Source of the DNA: Aggregatilineales bacterium
GTDB lineage: Bacteria; Chloroflexota; Anaerolineae; Aggregatilineales; J027
DNA length: 64,000 nucleotides
NCBI GenBank assembly: GCA_965215855.1
Contig: CBDCER010000001.1
Coordinates: 133,564-197,563, forward strand
Direction: 5' to 3'
The number at the start of each line of letters is the position of its first letter. Positions within the stretch are counted from its first letter, which is position 1. Below, in pieces: positions 10,994 through 20,420 of the stretch. The notes under the pieces are model-generated. The model saw only the letters and a list, made by a program, of their open reading frames with translations. It was not told the origin of the DNA and ran no database searches. A program made the position numbers and the translations under genes.

Positions 10994-12151
10994 ATGCGAG
11001 ACGTATGCATTATTGGTATCGGGCAAACGCCCATCGGCGAACTGTGGGATATGAGTCTCAAAGATCTGGCATTTCAAGCATTGCAGGCAGCTTTTGAAGA
11101 TGCAGGCGTGAATGATCCCCAAGCACTGTATGTAGGCAACATGTTAGCGCCGCGCCTCAGTCGCCAGGCCCATTTGGGCGCGATGGTTGCGGACTATGTC
11201 GGGCTTGTTGGGGCGGAAGCAGTCACCATTGAGGCGGCTTGTGCGTCGGGCGGGGCGGCATTTCGGGCGGGCTATATGGCGGTTGCCAGCGGCGCGGTTG
11301 ATGTGGTGGCTGTGTTGGGCGTGGAAAAGATGACAGACGGCATTGGGGCCGAAATCCCAACGGCGCTGGCAGCGGCGGCGGATGCGGAATATGAGGGTAT
11401 TCATGGGGCGACGTTCGTGGCGCTCAATGCCCTGGTGATGCAGCGTTATATGCACCAGTACAATGTGATGCACGATGCCTTTGCGCCTTTCAGCATCAAT
11501 GCCCATCAAAATGCCATGAACAATCCCAATGCGATGTATCATCGTGAATTGACGCTAGCAACGTATCAAAAAGCCCCCATCATTGCGGCTCCGATTAATC
11601 TATATGACAGCTCGCCGATTTGTGATGGGGCGGCGGCGGCCATTCTAGTTCCGCTGGAAATGGCGAAAATGATGCCGAATGTACAACCCATTCGTGTACT
11701 CGCCAGCGCCAGTGCCACCGATTTCATGAGCCTACATAGTCGCCAGGAGATCACCAAACTGACTGCCGGGCATATCAGTGCAGGTCGGGCATATGAAATG
11801 GCTGGTCTCAAGCCAGATGATATTGATGTTTTCGAGGCGCATGATGCGTTTTCGATCATGGCGGCACTCAGTTTGGAGGCAGCGGGGTTTGCTCAATCTG
11901 GCACTGCGACTCAACTGGCCCGTGATGGTGAGCTGGGAATTGGTGGGCAGTTGCCAATCAGTACGATGGGTGGTTTGAAGGCACGCGGCCATCCGGTTGG
12001 CGCGACGGGTATGTATGAAATCCTCGATCTGGTGACACAGTTACGTGGCGAGGCTGGTACGAATCAGGTGAAAAACGCTAGTATTGGCATGACACAGAAT
12101 ATCGGTGGCACAGGCGCGACCATTGTCACCCACATCTTGAGCAACAATTGA
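10994..12151 (+). CDS. Thiolase (archaeal/SCP-x-like acetyl-CoA acyltransferase)
   Basis: EAACASGG, EAHDAF, GGLKARGHPVGATG, NIGG. Confidence 0.88.
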   Translation: MRDVCIIGIGQTPIGELWDMSLKDLAFQALQAAFEDAGVNDPQALYVGNMLAPRLSRQAHLGAMVADYVGLVGAEAVTIEAACASGGAAFRAGYMAVASGAVDVVAVLGVEKMTDGIGAEIPTALAAAADAEYEGIHGATFVALNALVMQRYMHQYNVMHDAFAPFSINAHQNAMNNPNAMYHRELTLATYQKAPIIAAPINLYDSSPICDGAAAAILVPLEMAKMMPNVQPIRVLASASATDFMSLHSRQEITKLTAGHISAGRAYEMAGLKPDDIDVFEAHDAFSIMAALSLEAAGFAQSGTATQLARDGELGIGGQLPISTMGGLKARGHPVGATGMYEILDLVTQLRGEAGTNQVKNASIGMTQNIGGTGATIVTHILSNN

Positions 12152-12181
12152 TGACTTCCGGTGAGAGCGGGCAGCGTGTCG

Positions 12182-14029
12182 TTAACAGCCGCCAGCACAG
12201 GCCGCATCGTAGGCGGCTTCGATGATTGCCAGGAACCAACCTGTTGCCAGCAATAAGCCAAACCGCATGTGGAGTTGGGCACTACGCCGCAGCACCGGAT
12301 TGAGGGCCGCTGGCTCGGTATTGGCTGCGACGCGATAGACCAATGACAGGGCAGCAGGCAGACTGAATAATGTGATGAGCGTATAGGTTGGCGCTATGCC
12401 GAAGATGACCAGCGCAAGTTGTGATAGATAGGTTGCCCCAATCAGAACATAATACTCGATATTGGCATAGCGGCGCCCGACGAGCGTTGCCAATGTGCGC
12501 TTGCCCACCAACCGGTCATGTTCCAGGTCGCGTAGATTGTTGGCGTGGAGAATGGCGGCTACCAAAAACGCAATCGGCAACGAAGCTAGCAATGGTTCCG
12601 CTGTGACCAGTTTTACCTGAATGAAATAAGCGCCAATGATGATGACTGGCCCCATGAATATGCCCACCGTCAGCTCACCTAGGCCAATATAGGCCAATGC
12701 GACTGGCCCCGCAGTGTAGAAAAATCCAGCCAGTAGGCTGAAAATTCCCAGAAATAGAATGAATGGCCCGGCCACACTCACCAGATAGAGACCAATGCCC
12801 GAACCTAATACAAAACACAAGATACCGTAGACCAATATGGCCCTGGGTGACATTTCGCCGCGCTGGATGACGCCGCCGATACCTAGCGATTGCTCATTGT
12901 CGGCTCCCTTTACATGGTCATAGTAATCATTGACGAGATTGGTTCCGGCTTGAAATGCAACAGAGCCAACCAGTGCCAGCCCGAAGATGAACCAGTTGAA
13001 TGTCCAGTCGTAGGCATCGGTGGCAATTTTGGGCTTGAGCGAAAGGATGGTCGGCGCTGAATTGAAAATCGTCATGCGGTGGTAGCCTGCGATGGTACTG
13101 CCGACCAGCAGGGGAATCCAGGTGGCGGTGAAACTCCAGGGACGGGTGGCGATCCAATAGGCTGAAATGCGTTGTTGGAGCGAGGTTGGAGATTGGCGGC
13201 GGGTTTCGGGTTGCCAGGGAACCAGTAAACGGCTAATGCGCGATAGGATGGTGGCGAAGATGTAGCCCATGATTCCGGCGGTAACCAGGAAAGCAAAATA
13301 GAGTTCGACACGTACCAATTCTTTGGCCCGCCAAATCTGGAAGCCGATACCGGAGTCGTCGCTGAGGAAAAACTCTGCGCCGACGATGACCACCAGCGCG
13401 AACCCTAATCCTAGTTGCAGGCTACTGACGATGCCGGGCATACTGGCGGGTAGCGTCACGCTGAAAAAGACCTGAACCGGATTCGCGCCGAAACTTCGGG
13501 CTACTTCGCGGTGTTTGGGGTCGACCTGCGACATGCTCTTGACAACACTCAGCAGCACCAGAAAAAACACACTGAAGGCTACTAAACGCACCAACCCTTT
13601 TTCACTGAGACCATACAGCGAGATAACCAGCGGCAGGAAGGCGATTTTGGGCGTGGCGTATAATGCTTCGGCTAGTGGTTGGAAGAAGGCATAGATTTTG
13701 CGACTGGAACCCATTAATAGGCCGAGGATGATGCCGGGGATGGCCCCTAATGCAAAGCCGTAGATGACTCGATAGCTAGTAGCCCAGATATTGGTGACCA
13801 GTACATCATCTTGATAAAGTGATTTGAGTTCGTCCCAGATGCGAGTGGGGCGCTCGAAGAAACGCGGATCGAGGACAGGATCGAAGCTAAACAATACCCA
13901 ACTTCCCAAGCGCACATCGCCACGCACTAACGCTTCCCAGACGACTAAGAGCAGGATCGGAGCCAGGAGCGCAATGCTGATCTGTAGCAGCCGGGCCAGT
14001 GTGCGGCGGATTTCTGTTTGGATCATCAT
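12182..14029 (-). CDS. menA: Fusion: NitT/TauT-type ABC permease + MenA-type (DHNA polyprenyltransferase, UbiA family) domain
   Basis: N-terminal ~275 aa permease (PKIAFLPL; EAA loop REVARSFGA...VTLPASMP; VIVGAEF). C-terminal ~325 aa MenA (WIATRPWSF, NLVNDYYDHVKGAD, FYTAGP...YIGLGE, ANNLRDLEHD...GKRTLA). One uninterrupted ORF. Confidence 0.9.
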   Translation of the reverse strand: MMIQTEIRRTLARLLQISIALLAPILLLVVWEALVRGDVRLGSWVLFSFDPVLDPRFFERPTRIWDELKSLYQDDVLVTNIWATSYRVIYGFALGAIPGIILGLLMGSSRKIYAFFQPLAEALYATPKIAFLPLVISLYGLSEKGLVRLVAFSVFFLVLLSVVKSMSQVDPKHREVARSFGANPVQVFFSVTLPASMPGIVSSLQLGLGFALVVIVGAEFFLSDDSGIGFQIWRAKELVRVELYFAFLVTAGIMGYIFATILSRISRLLVPWQPETRRQSPTSLQQRISAYWIATRPWSFTATWIPLLVGSTIAGYHRMTIFNSAPTILSLKPKIATDAYDWTFNWFIFGLALVGSVAFQAGTNLVNDYYDHVKGADNEQSLGIGGVIQRGEMSPRAILVYGILCFVLGSGIGLYLVSVAGPFILFLGIFSLLAGFFYTAGPVALAYIGLGELTVGIFMGPVIIIGAYFIQVKLVTAEPLLASLPIAFLVAAILHANNLRDLEHDRLVGKRTLATLVGRRYANIEYYVLIGATYLSQLALVIFGIAPTYTLITLFSLPAALSLVYRVAANTEPAALNPVLRRSAQLHMRFGLLLATGWFLAIIEAAYDAACAGGC

Positions 14030-14808
14030 GATACCTCCGCTGCTAGATCAACTTGCTGGCGGAGCGTGGCCCAGATTTGGGCATAACGTTCGCCGAAAGT
14101 GGGATTGGCGCGGAGGGCCATGACATCACGAGGGCGTGGGAAATCAACCCTGTACTCTGCTAGGATGTGCCCTGGACGTGCTGACATCACCACGATGCGA
14201 TCTGCTAACGTCAGGGCTTCTTCGATGCTATGCGTGACGAACAACACCGTCATATCGCTGCTTTTCCAGAGATTGAGCAGGGTTTCTTGCAGTACTAAGC
14301 GCGTTTGGGCGTCGAGTGCGCCGAAGGGTTCATCCATGAGTAACACTTCGGGGTTGTGGGCAAAGGCGCGAGCCAACCCGACCCGCTGTTGCATCCCGCC
14401 GGAGAGTTGAGCTGGGAATGATTCGGTGAAACGCGCCAGACCAATGCGGTTGATCCATTGTTGGGCGGAGGCATAGCGTTGTTTGCCGCCAATACCCTGC
14501 ATTCGCATTCCGAAGCAGATATTTTCCAGCACTGTCATCCAGGGGAACAGGCCAGCATCCTGGAAGACCATCGCGCAGGCTGGGCGATTAGTGTCGGTTG
14601 GAACGATGTGCGCTTTGCCAGTCGTGGGGCGCTCTAGACCAGTCAGCACGCGCAGTAAGGTGGTTTTACCACAACCGCTGGGGCCGACGACACATACAAA
14701 TTTGCCGTCCTCAACCGTGAGCGACAGATTGTGTAGTGCGGTAATCGCGCCAGTGCCGACCGTGCCAGGATATTCAATCGTCAAGTTTTCAGCATGGATT
14801 TTGGGCAT
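14026..14808 (-). CDS. ABC transporter ATP-binding protein (NitT/TauT/SsuB type)
   Basis: GPSGCGKT, LSGGMQQR, LMDEPFGALD, VTHSIEEA; 4-bp overlap with the downstream fusion gene. Confidence 0.95.
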   Translation of the reverse strand: MPKIHAENLTIEYPGTVGTGAITALHNLSLTVEDGKFVCVVGPSGCGKTTLLRVLTGLERPTTGKAHIVPTDTNRPACAMVFQDAGLFPWMTVLENICFGMRMQGIGGKQRYASAQQWINRIGLARFTESFPAQLSGGMQQRVGLARAFAHNPEVLLMDEPFGALDAQTRLVLQETLLNLWKSSDMTVLFVTHSIEEALTLADRIVVMSARPGHILAEYRVDFPRPRDVMALRANPTFGERYAQIWATLRQQVDLAAEVS

Positions 14809-14811
14809 TGC

Positions 14812-15540
14812 TCAATCGCGCTCGAAGCGTATTCCATAGGGTCGGCTACGATAGTTATACATGATGTCAGCGTAAGCATGTGGGTCGTCAAAACCCCGGA
14901 ACGCATCTTTGATTTGCGAGAGTTGGATTATAAAGGTGATGTCGCCGATGGTATAGCGACCATATAGAGACCAACGTTCCATGCGCTCCAGCAAGGTGAA
15001 GTCGCTGGCGAATTCCGGAAAGCTGGCTTGAAGATGACTATAGGCCGCTTCCAGATCATCTACGACGAAGCCGATATGATGGATGCGGCTGGGAATGCCA
15101 TCGGTCAGGGGTTTGCCGGGTTCGGCATCGAACAGAAACAGGGAGGTGTTGCCGGTACTGACGACGGTGATATGTTCGTCATCGCGCATTACATCCATTT
15201 TCAATCCCTGGTGGAAGAAATCGCGGGCTTGCTGACGATCTTGCATTGTCAGTGCCACATGATCGAAACCAACCTGCCGCCAGCCCCGATTGTTGATAGT
15301 CAATGGTGATGATGAAACCAGTAGATTGCAGTGACCGTAGTGTTTATAGATTTCGCCCAAGAACATATCAGGATAGATCAGGTCACCGTTGTCAGTGCGG
15401 GCCGAGACGCGCTTTTTCGCCATGTCTGATGCAGGCAGGAGCGCAGTCATGGCTTCATGGACAATTTGAAGCGGCTCGAATTCGCCTTCGTAAATGTCTT
15501 TGAAATTAACGGTCAGCTTGACCGGAATAGATTGTGTCAT
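14812..15540 (-). CDS. VOC (glyoxalase/dioxygenase superfamily) protein with N-terminal extension
   Basis: FDHVALTMQDRQQARDFF and IHHIGFVVDDLEAA motifs; ATG at 15540 after AGGAGG. Confidence 0.75.
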   Translation of the reverse strand: MTQSIPVKLTVNFKDIYEGEFEPLQIVHEAMTALLPASDMAKKRVSARTDNGDLIYPDMFLGEIYKHYGHCNLLVSSSPLTINNRGWRQVGFDHVALTMQDRQQARDFFHQGLKMDVMRDDEHITVVSTGNTSLFLFDAEPGKPLTDGIPSRIHHIGFVVDDLEAAYSHLQASFPEFASDFTLLERMERWSLYGRYTIGDITFIIQLSQIKDAFRGFDDPHAYADIMYNYRSRPYGIRFERD

Positions 15541-15688
15541 GTAGGCCTCCTGCCTGGTGTTGTTGATTGTTGAATAAATGCTTGAAAGAATGACCTTCTC
15601 TGCAATTTGATGGCACAGATAGACCCCTCGTGCTCGTGATTGTTGCGGGGAGGGGTCTGATTCCATGGTTTAACGAGACTGGTTTGGA

Positions 15689-16825
15689 CTATTCGGAGGA
15701 CACCTCTTCAGTTGCTTCTGGAGAAGGTTCCGTGTCGTCCATTTCATACGGGCCGAGATCGGCGATAATTTCGTCCAGTAAGGAAGTGTCGAGCATGACG
15801 GTGACATCCATCAACGTGTCGTAGCCAAGTGTGTCTTCCCGGGCGAAGAAATAGCCTTGTAAAGTTTCCAAATTATCGACCTGGATTGTGCCGTCTACTG
15901 GGAAATAGGGACGCGATGCCGTCTTGTTGATTTCGGGAGGGACGGAGGTGTAGTCGGTCAGGATTTGTGCGACCTCATCACTAGTCCAGGTTTCATCATC
16001 GGCCAGGAAACGTGCGGCCCGCACATAGGCCCGCACAAACCCGACGGCGGCTTCACGGTTGCTTTCAATGAAGTCGGTACTCATGTAGAGGAAGGTGGCC
16101 TGGAACCCATCAACAAAGTCTTCCGACAAGCGCACAACCAACCCTTCTTGTTCGGCAAACGATACCAATGGTTCACCCAAAATAGCAGCATCAACGCGGT
16201 CGGCGCTTTCGCTGTTCAAGGCGGCTGGTACATCAGGGAAGCTGACGGCGACGATTTCTACCTCGTCGATGCTGACGCCACCTTGCTCAAGTGCCTGAGC
16301 CAGCCAATATTCGGTGGCTGCACCAATAGCATTGATGGCAACTCGTCCGCCTGCCAAATGCGCGACGCTGGTAATTTCGCCGTTTTCAAAGCGTTCGCGG
16401 CTGACGACGAGTGGGCTTGTGACAGGGGGACTTTCACTATGGACACCAGCCACGATACGGAAGCCTGGGTCGCCGTCGATGTCGATGTTGCGGGCGGCAT
16501 AATTAAATAGTCCGGCTCCCGCGCCACCAAATACGACATCTAGATCGCCAGTTGCCAGCGGGGCCAGCGGTTCGGACCCTCCGGCGACACGCTGCACGTC
16601 GATGACGATGTTCTCATCAGCGAAATAGCCTTGGGCATCGGCCACGAATAGCGGGGCAAAAATCATCACAGGTACAGCGCCGACGCGGACGGTAGTGATT
16701 TGCTCTTGCGGTGTGGGGCTTGGTGCGGCCTGCACCGTGATGCGGTTGGTGATGGTGAATAACAGCATGATGGTCACCAATACCAGGACAGTGCGGTGCA
16801 GGGTTGACGGTTTGGTGGGGGACAT
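15689..16825 (-). CDS. ABC transporter substrate-binding protein (SsuA/THI5/NMT1-like)
   Basis: Signal peptide; APLFVADAQGYF, LAGGRVAIN, VDAAILGEP, AVGFVRAY; AAGGAG RBS. Confidence 0.88.
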   Translation of the reverse strand: MSPTKPSTLHRTVLVLVTIMLLFTITNRITVQAAPSPTPQEQITTVRVGAVPVMIFAPLFVADAQGYFADENIVIDVQRVAGGSEPLAPLATGDLDVVFGGAGAGLFNYAARNIDIDGDPGFRIVAGVHSESPPVTSPLVVSRERFENGEITSVAHLAGGRVAINAIGAATEYWLAQALEQGGVSIDEVEIVAVSFPDVPAALNSESADRVDAAILGEPLVSFAEQEGLVVRLSEDFVDGFQATFLYMSTDFIESNREAAVGFVRAYVRAARFLADDETWTSDEVAQILTDYTSVPPEINKTASRPYFPVDGTIQVDNLETLQGYFFAREDTLGYDTLMDVTVMLDTSLLDEIIADLGPYEMDDTEPSPEATEEVSSE

Positions 16826-16929
16826 GGTGTCTCCTTGTGTTCAATTCGTTCAAAAAGTTCTGAAAGAACATTTTACGTGATTTCGCGGCAAAAGGCAACG
16901 GTAGCATGAAATATGCAAAAAAATATTAG

Positions 16930-16952
16930 GGGATAGTCCACCGGGCTATCCC
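16930..16952. repeat. REP-like palindrome, copy A1
   Basis: GGGATAGTCCACCGGGCTATCCC hairpin; 22/23 identical to the reverse complement of 19465-19487. Confidence 0.75.
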
Positions 16953-17053
16953 TAAAACTGCATGATTTGTCTTCGTGACCTCATGATGTTGGCAGCACTG
17001 TTCTCACTACGCCTGCCGCGAGCGTTAACCCTGCCGTTTGTCCAGAATCAGTC

Positions 17054-17923
17054 TTACGCCATCGTTCCATCACTCATACTTCCGCCTGGTTGGGTATAAT
17101 TACTGCCCAGGCTAGAGTATGTGGCAGGTAGACGCAAGAACTTGGAATAGGTTCTGATTGTCCACGAGACAGGCCCTCGGAAAAAATAGCACTCGGGCGC
17201 TGCGATCTTGTCGATGTCTTTTTTGTATTTCTCAGCGGTGCCTTTTGACAGGTGGAATTTCAGTTCGTCACTGTTCTTGAACGTTTCGTGGATAATCAAG
17301 GCATCTTCGCCAATGACCTGGTACACCTCAAACCTGAGCAGCCCCTCCTCAATCGCGTAAGCGTCAGTACCGACACGCTGCCACCAGTAAATGAGATCCT
17401 CGAGATGTGTAGCCTCATCTGGTTTGCATGTCCACTTGGCAGTGACCATGATAGCTGTCTCATAGTCAGGCCGCTTGTAGTCTTCCTTCACGTATCCAAA
17501 GAGAAATTCACCAAACGCGCCTGGTACGTTCTTCGCTAATAACGCTTCCCTGGCCGGTGCAGGAATGCTGTCTCCACGAATGAGGTGAATCTGTGGCTTG
17601 GCGACAGCCGTGAGCGCACCCATGTGCTGCGTGGCAGTTGTCGAAAAATAGTGAACCAGCGCATCGGGATTCTTGAAAACATGATGAACAAGCACAGCGT
17701 CTTCGCCAACCGCGTGGTTGATTTCTGTCGATAGGACCCCAGCATCGACTTTGGCGCCTGCATGGATGTCTTCCCACTCTTTCAGCATTTCTTTCGACTC
17801 GGCGGATTTTCTGAACAGTCCGCCTTTTTTCGTTGGGATCCATTTGCCGGTAACGCTGATCTCCTGACCAATCTTGGATGGTTCGGCGAGGAAGGGCGGC
17901 AGAGGATCTTTGGGCATTGTCAT
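17054..17923 (-). CDS. Hypothetical protein with two ABM-like (dimeric alpha+beta barrel) repeats
   Basis: Internal duplication (GEDAVLVHHVFKN / GEDALIIHETFKN) similar to the neighbouring ABM-like protein (ENAILVHDVFKD). Confidence 0.6.
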   Translation of the reverse strand: MTMPKDPLPPFLAEPSKIGQEISVTGKWIPTKKGGLFRKSAESKEMLKEWEDIHAGAKVDAGVLSTEINHAVGEDAVLVHHVFKNPDALVHYFSTTATQHMGALTAVAKPQIHLIRGDSIPAPAREALLAKNVPGAFGEFLFGYVKEDYKRPDYETAIMVTAKWTCKPDEATHLEDLIYWWQRVGTDAYAIEEGLLRFEVYQVIGEDALIIHETFKNSDELKFHLSKGTAEKYKKDIDKIAAPECYFFRGPVSWTIRTYSKFLRLPATYSSLGSNYTQPGGSMSDGTMA

Positions 17924-18211
17924 TGTTTCTCTCCTATGGGTATTGACTTTCCTGTGATTGCATCTCTGTGATTACAGTGGTCGCTCGTTGACTGACAGTA
18001 CCGATTACGCTCATGCGATAACTTTCAGTGGATCCTCTGAAAGGTGTTTCTGCGTCCAGAATAAGGCTGGAACAGCGAAAGTCCAAATCTGCCCTGTTGC
18101 AAGACAAATATACTCATCAGTCGAAATGTCATCACTATCGCCATGCCTAGGCTGGGTATTTGGCGTTGTCTGGCTTATGTAGCAGGCTTTTTTACTGACA
18201 CTGATAGGTCA

Positions 18212-18586
18212 TTACAGGCTTCGGTCGAACCCAAACGCATGAGTGCTAAATTCGGCGCCCATATTCATCCCTTGCGCGGCCTGCATTAGTTCTTCTGGTA
18301 CATCACCACAGAAGAAGAAAGGACCGGGGACCGCAATTTCGGCTAACTTGGGAAAGTGATGAGCTGCTGTACCGCCCAGATGAACGCCCAAGGCTGCACC
18401 GTCCTTAAATACATCGTGTACGAGTATCGCATTTTCTTCATCTGCAAAGTAGCATTCCATTTTAAGGCTATCCGGTTCATTTTCTTCCATCTCTTCGTAG
18501 ACTTCCTGGTAAATGGCCTTGAGTTCATCCAGTTTTCCAGGCTTGGCTGTCCACTTGTAAAACACTGTAATCTCTTGACTATTCAT
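18212..18586 (-). CDS. ABM / putative quinol monooxygenase-like protein
   Basis: 124 aa; WTAKPGKLDELK...ENEP...LVHDVFKDGAALGVH pattern of the ABM fold. Confidence 0.65.
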   Translation of the reverse strand: MNSQEITVFYKWTAKPGKLDELKAIYQEVYEEMEENEPDSLKMECYFADEENAILVHDVFKDGAALGVHLGGTAAHHFPKLAEIAVPGPFFFCGDVPEELMQAAQGMNMGAEFSTHAFGFDRSL

Positions 18587-18683
18587 TGCAATGGACCTTT
18601 CCTGTTCCACTTTTTATTTCAAGTGCTTCGGTGAATAATGAACTAAGCAGTTCAGCGAGTAATGGTTCAACCATACCAGAATT

Positions 18684-18721
18684 AGTTGAAAAAATCAACT
18701 GTTTGGTTTAAAATATAAACT
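18684..18721. promoter_or_regulatory. Two tandem palindromic operators, probably for the adjacent HxlR-family regulator
   Basis: AGTTGA-AAAAA-TCAACT (18684-18700) and GGTTTA-AAATA-TAAACT (18705-18721) between divergent genes. Confidence 0.6.
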
Positions 18722-18745
18722 AATATCGATTATTGAGGCAACGAC

Positions 18746-19372
18746 GTGAAAACAGATCGCAAGAGTTATGATCAAGTGTGCCCGCTGGCAACAGCCCTGG
18801 ACTTCATTGGTGATCGTTGGACGATCCTCATTCTCCGCGAACTCCTGGGTGGTTCTGCGCGTTTCAATGAACTCCGTGACGGACTTCCGGGCATCGCCAG
18901 CAATCTACTGACAGAACGCCTTCGCCGTTTGGAAGAGGATGGACTTGTTCGGCAGAGGAAAGCTCACAATACAATAGTGTATGCACTGACCGAGCAGGGT
19001 GCAGATAGTAGAGCTGCCCTGGAAGAACTCGGTATGTGGGGTGCGAGACTTACGCGAGTGACTCCCGCTGTGCATGGGAGGAGCATTCGCGCTATTGCGA
19101 TGGCATTGCAGTCTGTGTTGGTCCGGGCCAGCGACTTGCCCGCAGAGCGGTTGGTGATCGAACTTGAAGTGGACGGCGAGTATGTCGAAATCATACTTAG
19201 CCAGAGGCCAACAGTCATCGCCCGAATCTCTACTCAAGCAGATGCACGAGTGGAGATCTCAACCGATGGTATTTCAGCCGTTCTAATGGGGCAGTCCTTC
19301 GACACCTCGCCATTTACTCATATCTCTGGCAACAAAACTGCTATACAGCATCTGATTTCAGCACTCAGTTAG
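18746..19372 (+). CDS. HxlR/DUF24 winged-helix transcriptional regulator with SCP2-like C-terminus
   Basis: YDQVCPLATALDFIGDRWTILILREL...RFNEL...GIASNLLTERLRRLEEDGL; GTG start after GAGG. Confidence 0.88.
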   Translation: MKTDRKSYDQVCPLATALDFIGDRWTILILRELLGGSARFNELRDGLPGIASNLLTERLRRLEEDGLVRQRKAHNTIVYALTEQGADSRAALEELGMWGARLTRVTPAVHGRSIRAIAMALQSVLVRASDLPAERLVIELEVDGEYVEIILSQRPTVIARISTQADARVEISTDGISAVLMGQSFDTSPFTHISGNKTAIQHLISALS

Positions 19373-19464
19373 GACGAACGTGGCTTGAATCGCCACTTGT
19401 TGTGACGAGCTATGGCAATCTAAGCGATATTGAGCCAACTTGATTGGGGATGCGCAACAGAACA

Positions 19465-19487
19465 GGGATAGCCCAGTGGACTATCCC
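19465..19487. repeat. REP-like palindrome, copy A2 (possible bidirectional terminator)
   Basis: GGGATAGCCCAGTGGACTATCCC between convergent genes. Confidence 0.75.
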
Positions 19488-19508
19488 TAGAACCGCCAAG
19501 GGATGCGG

Positions 19509-20243
19509 TTATTGGATGGCGAAAGTGACTTCGAGGGCGATGTTGACGCCGAGTGACCCTTCAGCAATGGGTGGAATACCACCACCACCGCCACCGTAGG
19601 AGGCAACGGGGCTGTAGAAGCCGCCGCTGAGTTCGGTGACTGAAATGACTACGCCGAGTTCTACGCCGAGTTGGTCGGCCAATTGTTGGGCACGGTCACG
19701 GGAATCATCCAGGGCCGCGATACGCGCATCAGCTTCCAATGCACCCCGATCTGCAATATCGAAGTTCACGCCATGCACCACGTTGGCTCCGGACTCAATC
19801 ACGGCGCTGAGGATGTCGCCGACTTGGCTCGTATCGCGGATGGTGATGTTGACGACATTGCTGATGCGATACATGGTATCGGGTTCAGCCCCCGGCTCGA
19901 TAGGCATATCAGGTGGAAAGCCTTTGTCTTGATAGATGTTGAAGTAGAGCGTCCGCACGTTTTCGGATGCGATGCCGAACTCACTGAGGGCGCTCAGGAT
20001 GGCTTCCATGCGGGCATTGTTGTCTTCGAGGGCAGCGGCAATGTCGGAATCCGCACTTTCGACGCCAATATCCATATAGGCAACATCGGGTGCGCCGGAT
20101 GCTGCGCCAAAACCTGTGACGCGGATAGTGCGGGCGAGGGCGCTGCTATCGTCCTGGGCCTGGACATTGCGCGGGGCAAAGCCAGCGACGAGTACCAACA
20201 TCATCACGAACAGGATTGCCAGTGAAGATCTACGAATGGTCAT
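19509..20243 (-). CDS. SIMPL (DUF541/YggE-like) secreted protein
   Basis: Signal peptide; TIRVTGFG...PDVA, GANVVHGVNF, ARIAALDDSRDRAQQLA. Confidence 0.9.
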   Translation of the reverse strand: MTIRRSSLAILFVMMLVLVAGFAPRNVQAQDDSSALARTIRVTGFGAASGAPDVAYMDIGVESADSDIAAALEDNNARMEAILSALSEFGIASENVRTLYFNIYQDKGFPPDMPIEPGAEPDTMYRISNVVNITIRDTSQVGDILSAVIESGANVVHGVNFDIADRGALEADARIAALDDSRDRAQQLADQLGVELGVVISVTELSGGFYSPVASYGGGGGGIPPIAEGSLGVNIALEVTFAIQ

Positions 20244-20420
20244 GTTTCTCTTTGTACTCCTGGGGAAAACCCCAATTCAAAATTCACGATTGGGTATAGC
20301 GGTATTGGGCATTGTGACGGAGATGCGCTCGCGATGCTTGTCCAATAAATTGCTATCCCATAATATAGACGTTGCAATTTTGCAAAGGGTTCCCAATTTG
20401 ATAGATAAAGGGCAGACACG

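Noticed and set aside
10994-12151. Thiolase as part of the ABC-MenA system (isoprenoid supply)
   Set aside because: Convergent orientation and no linked HMG-CoA synthase or DUF35 gene; adjacency alone is not evidence.
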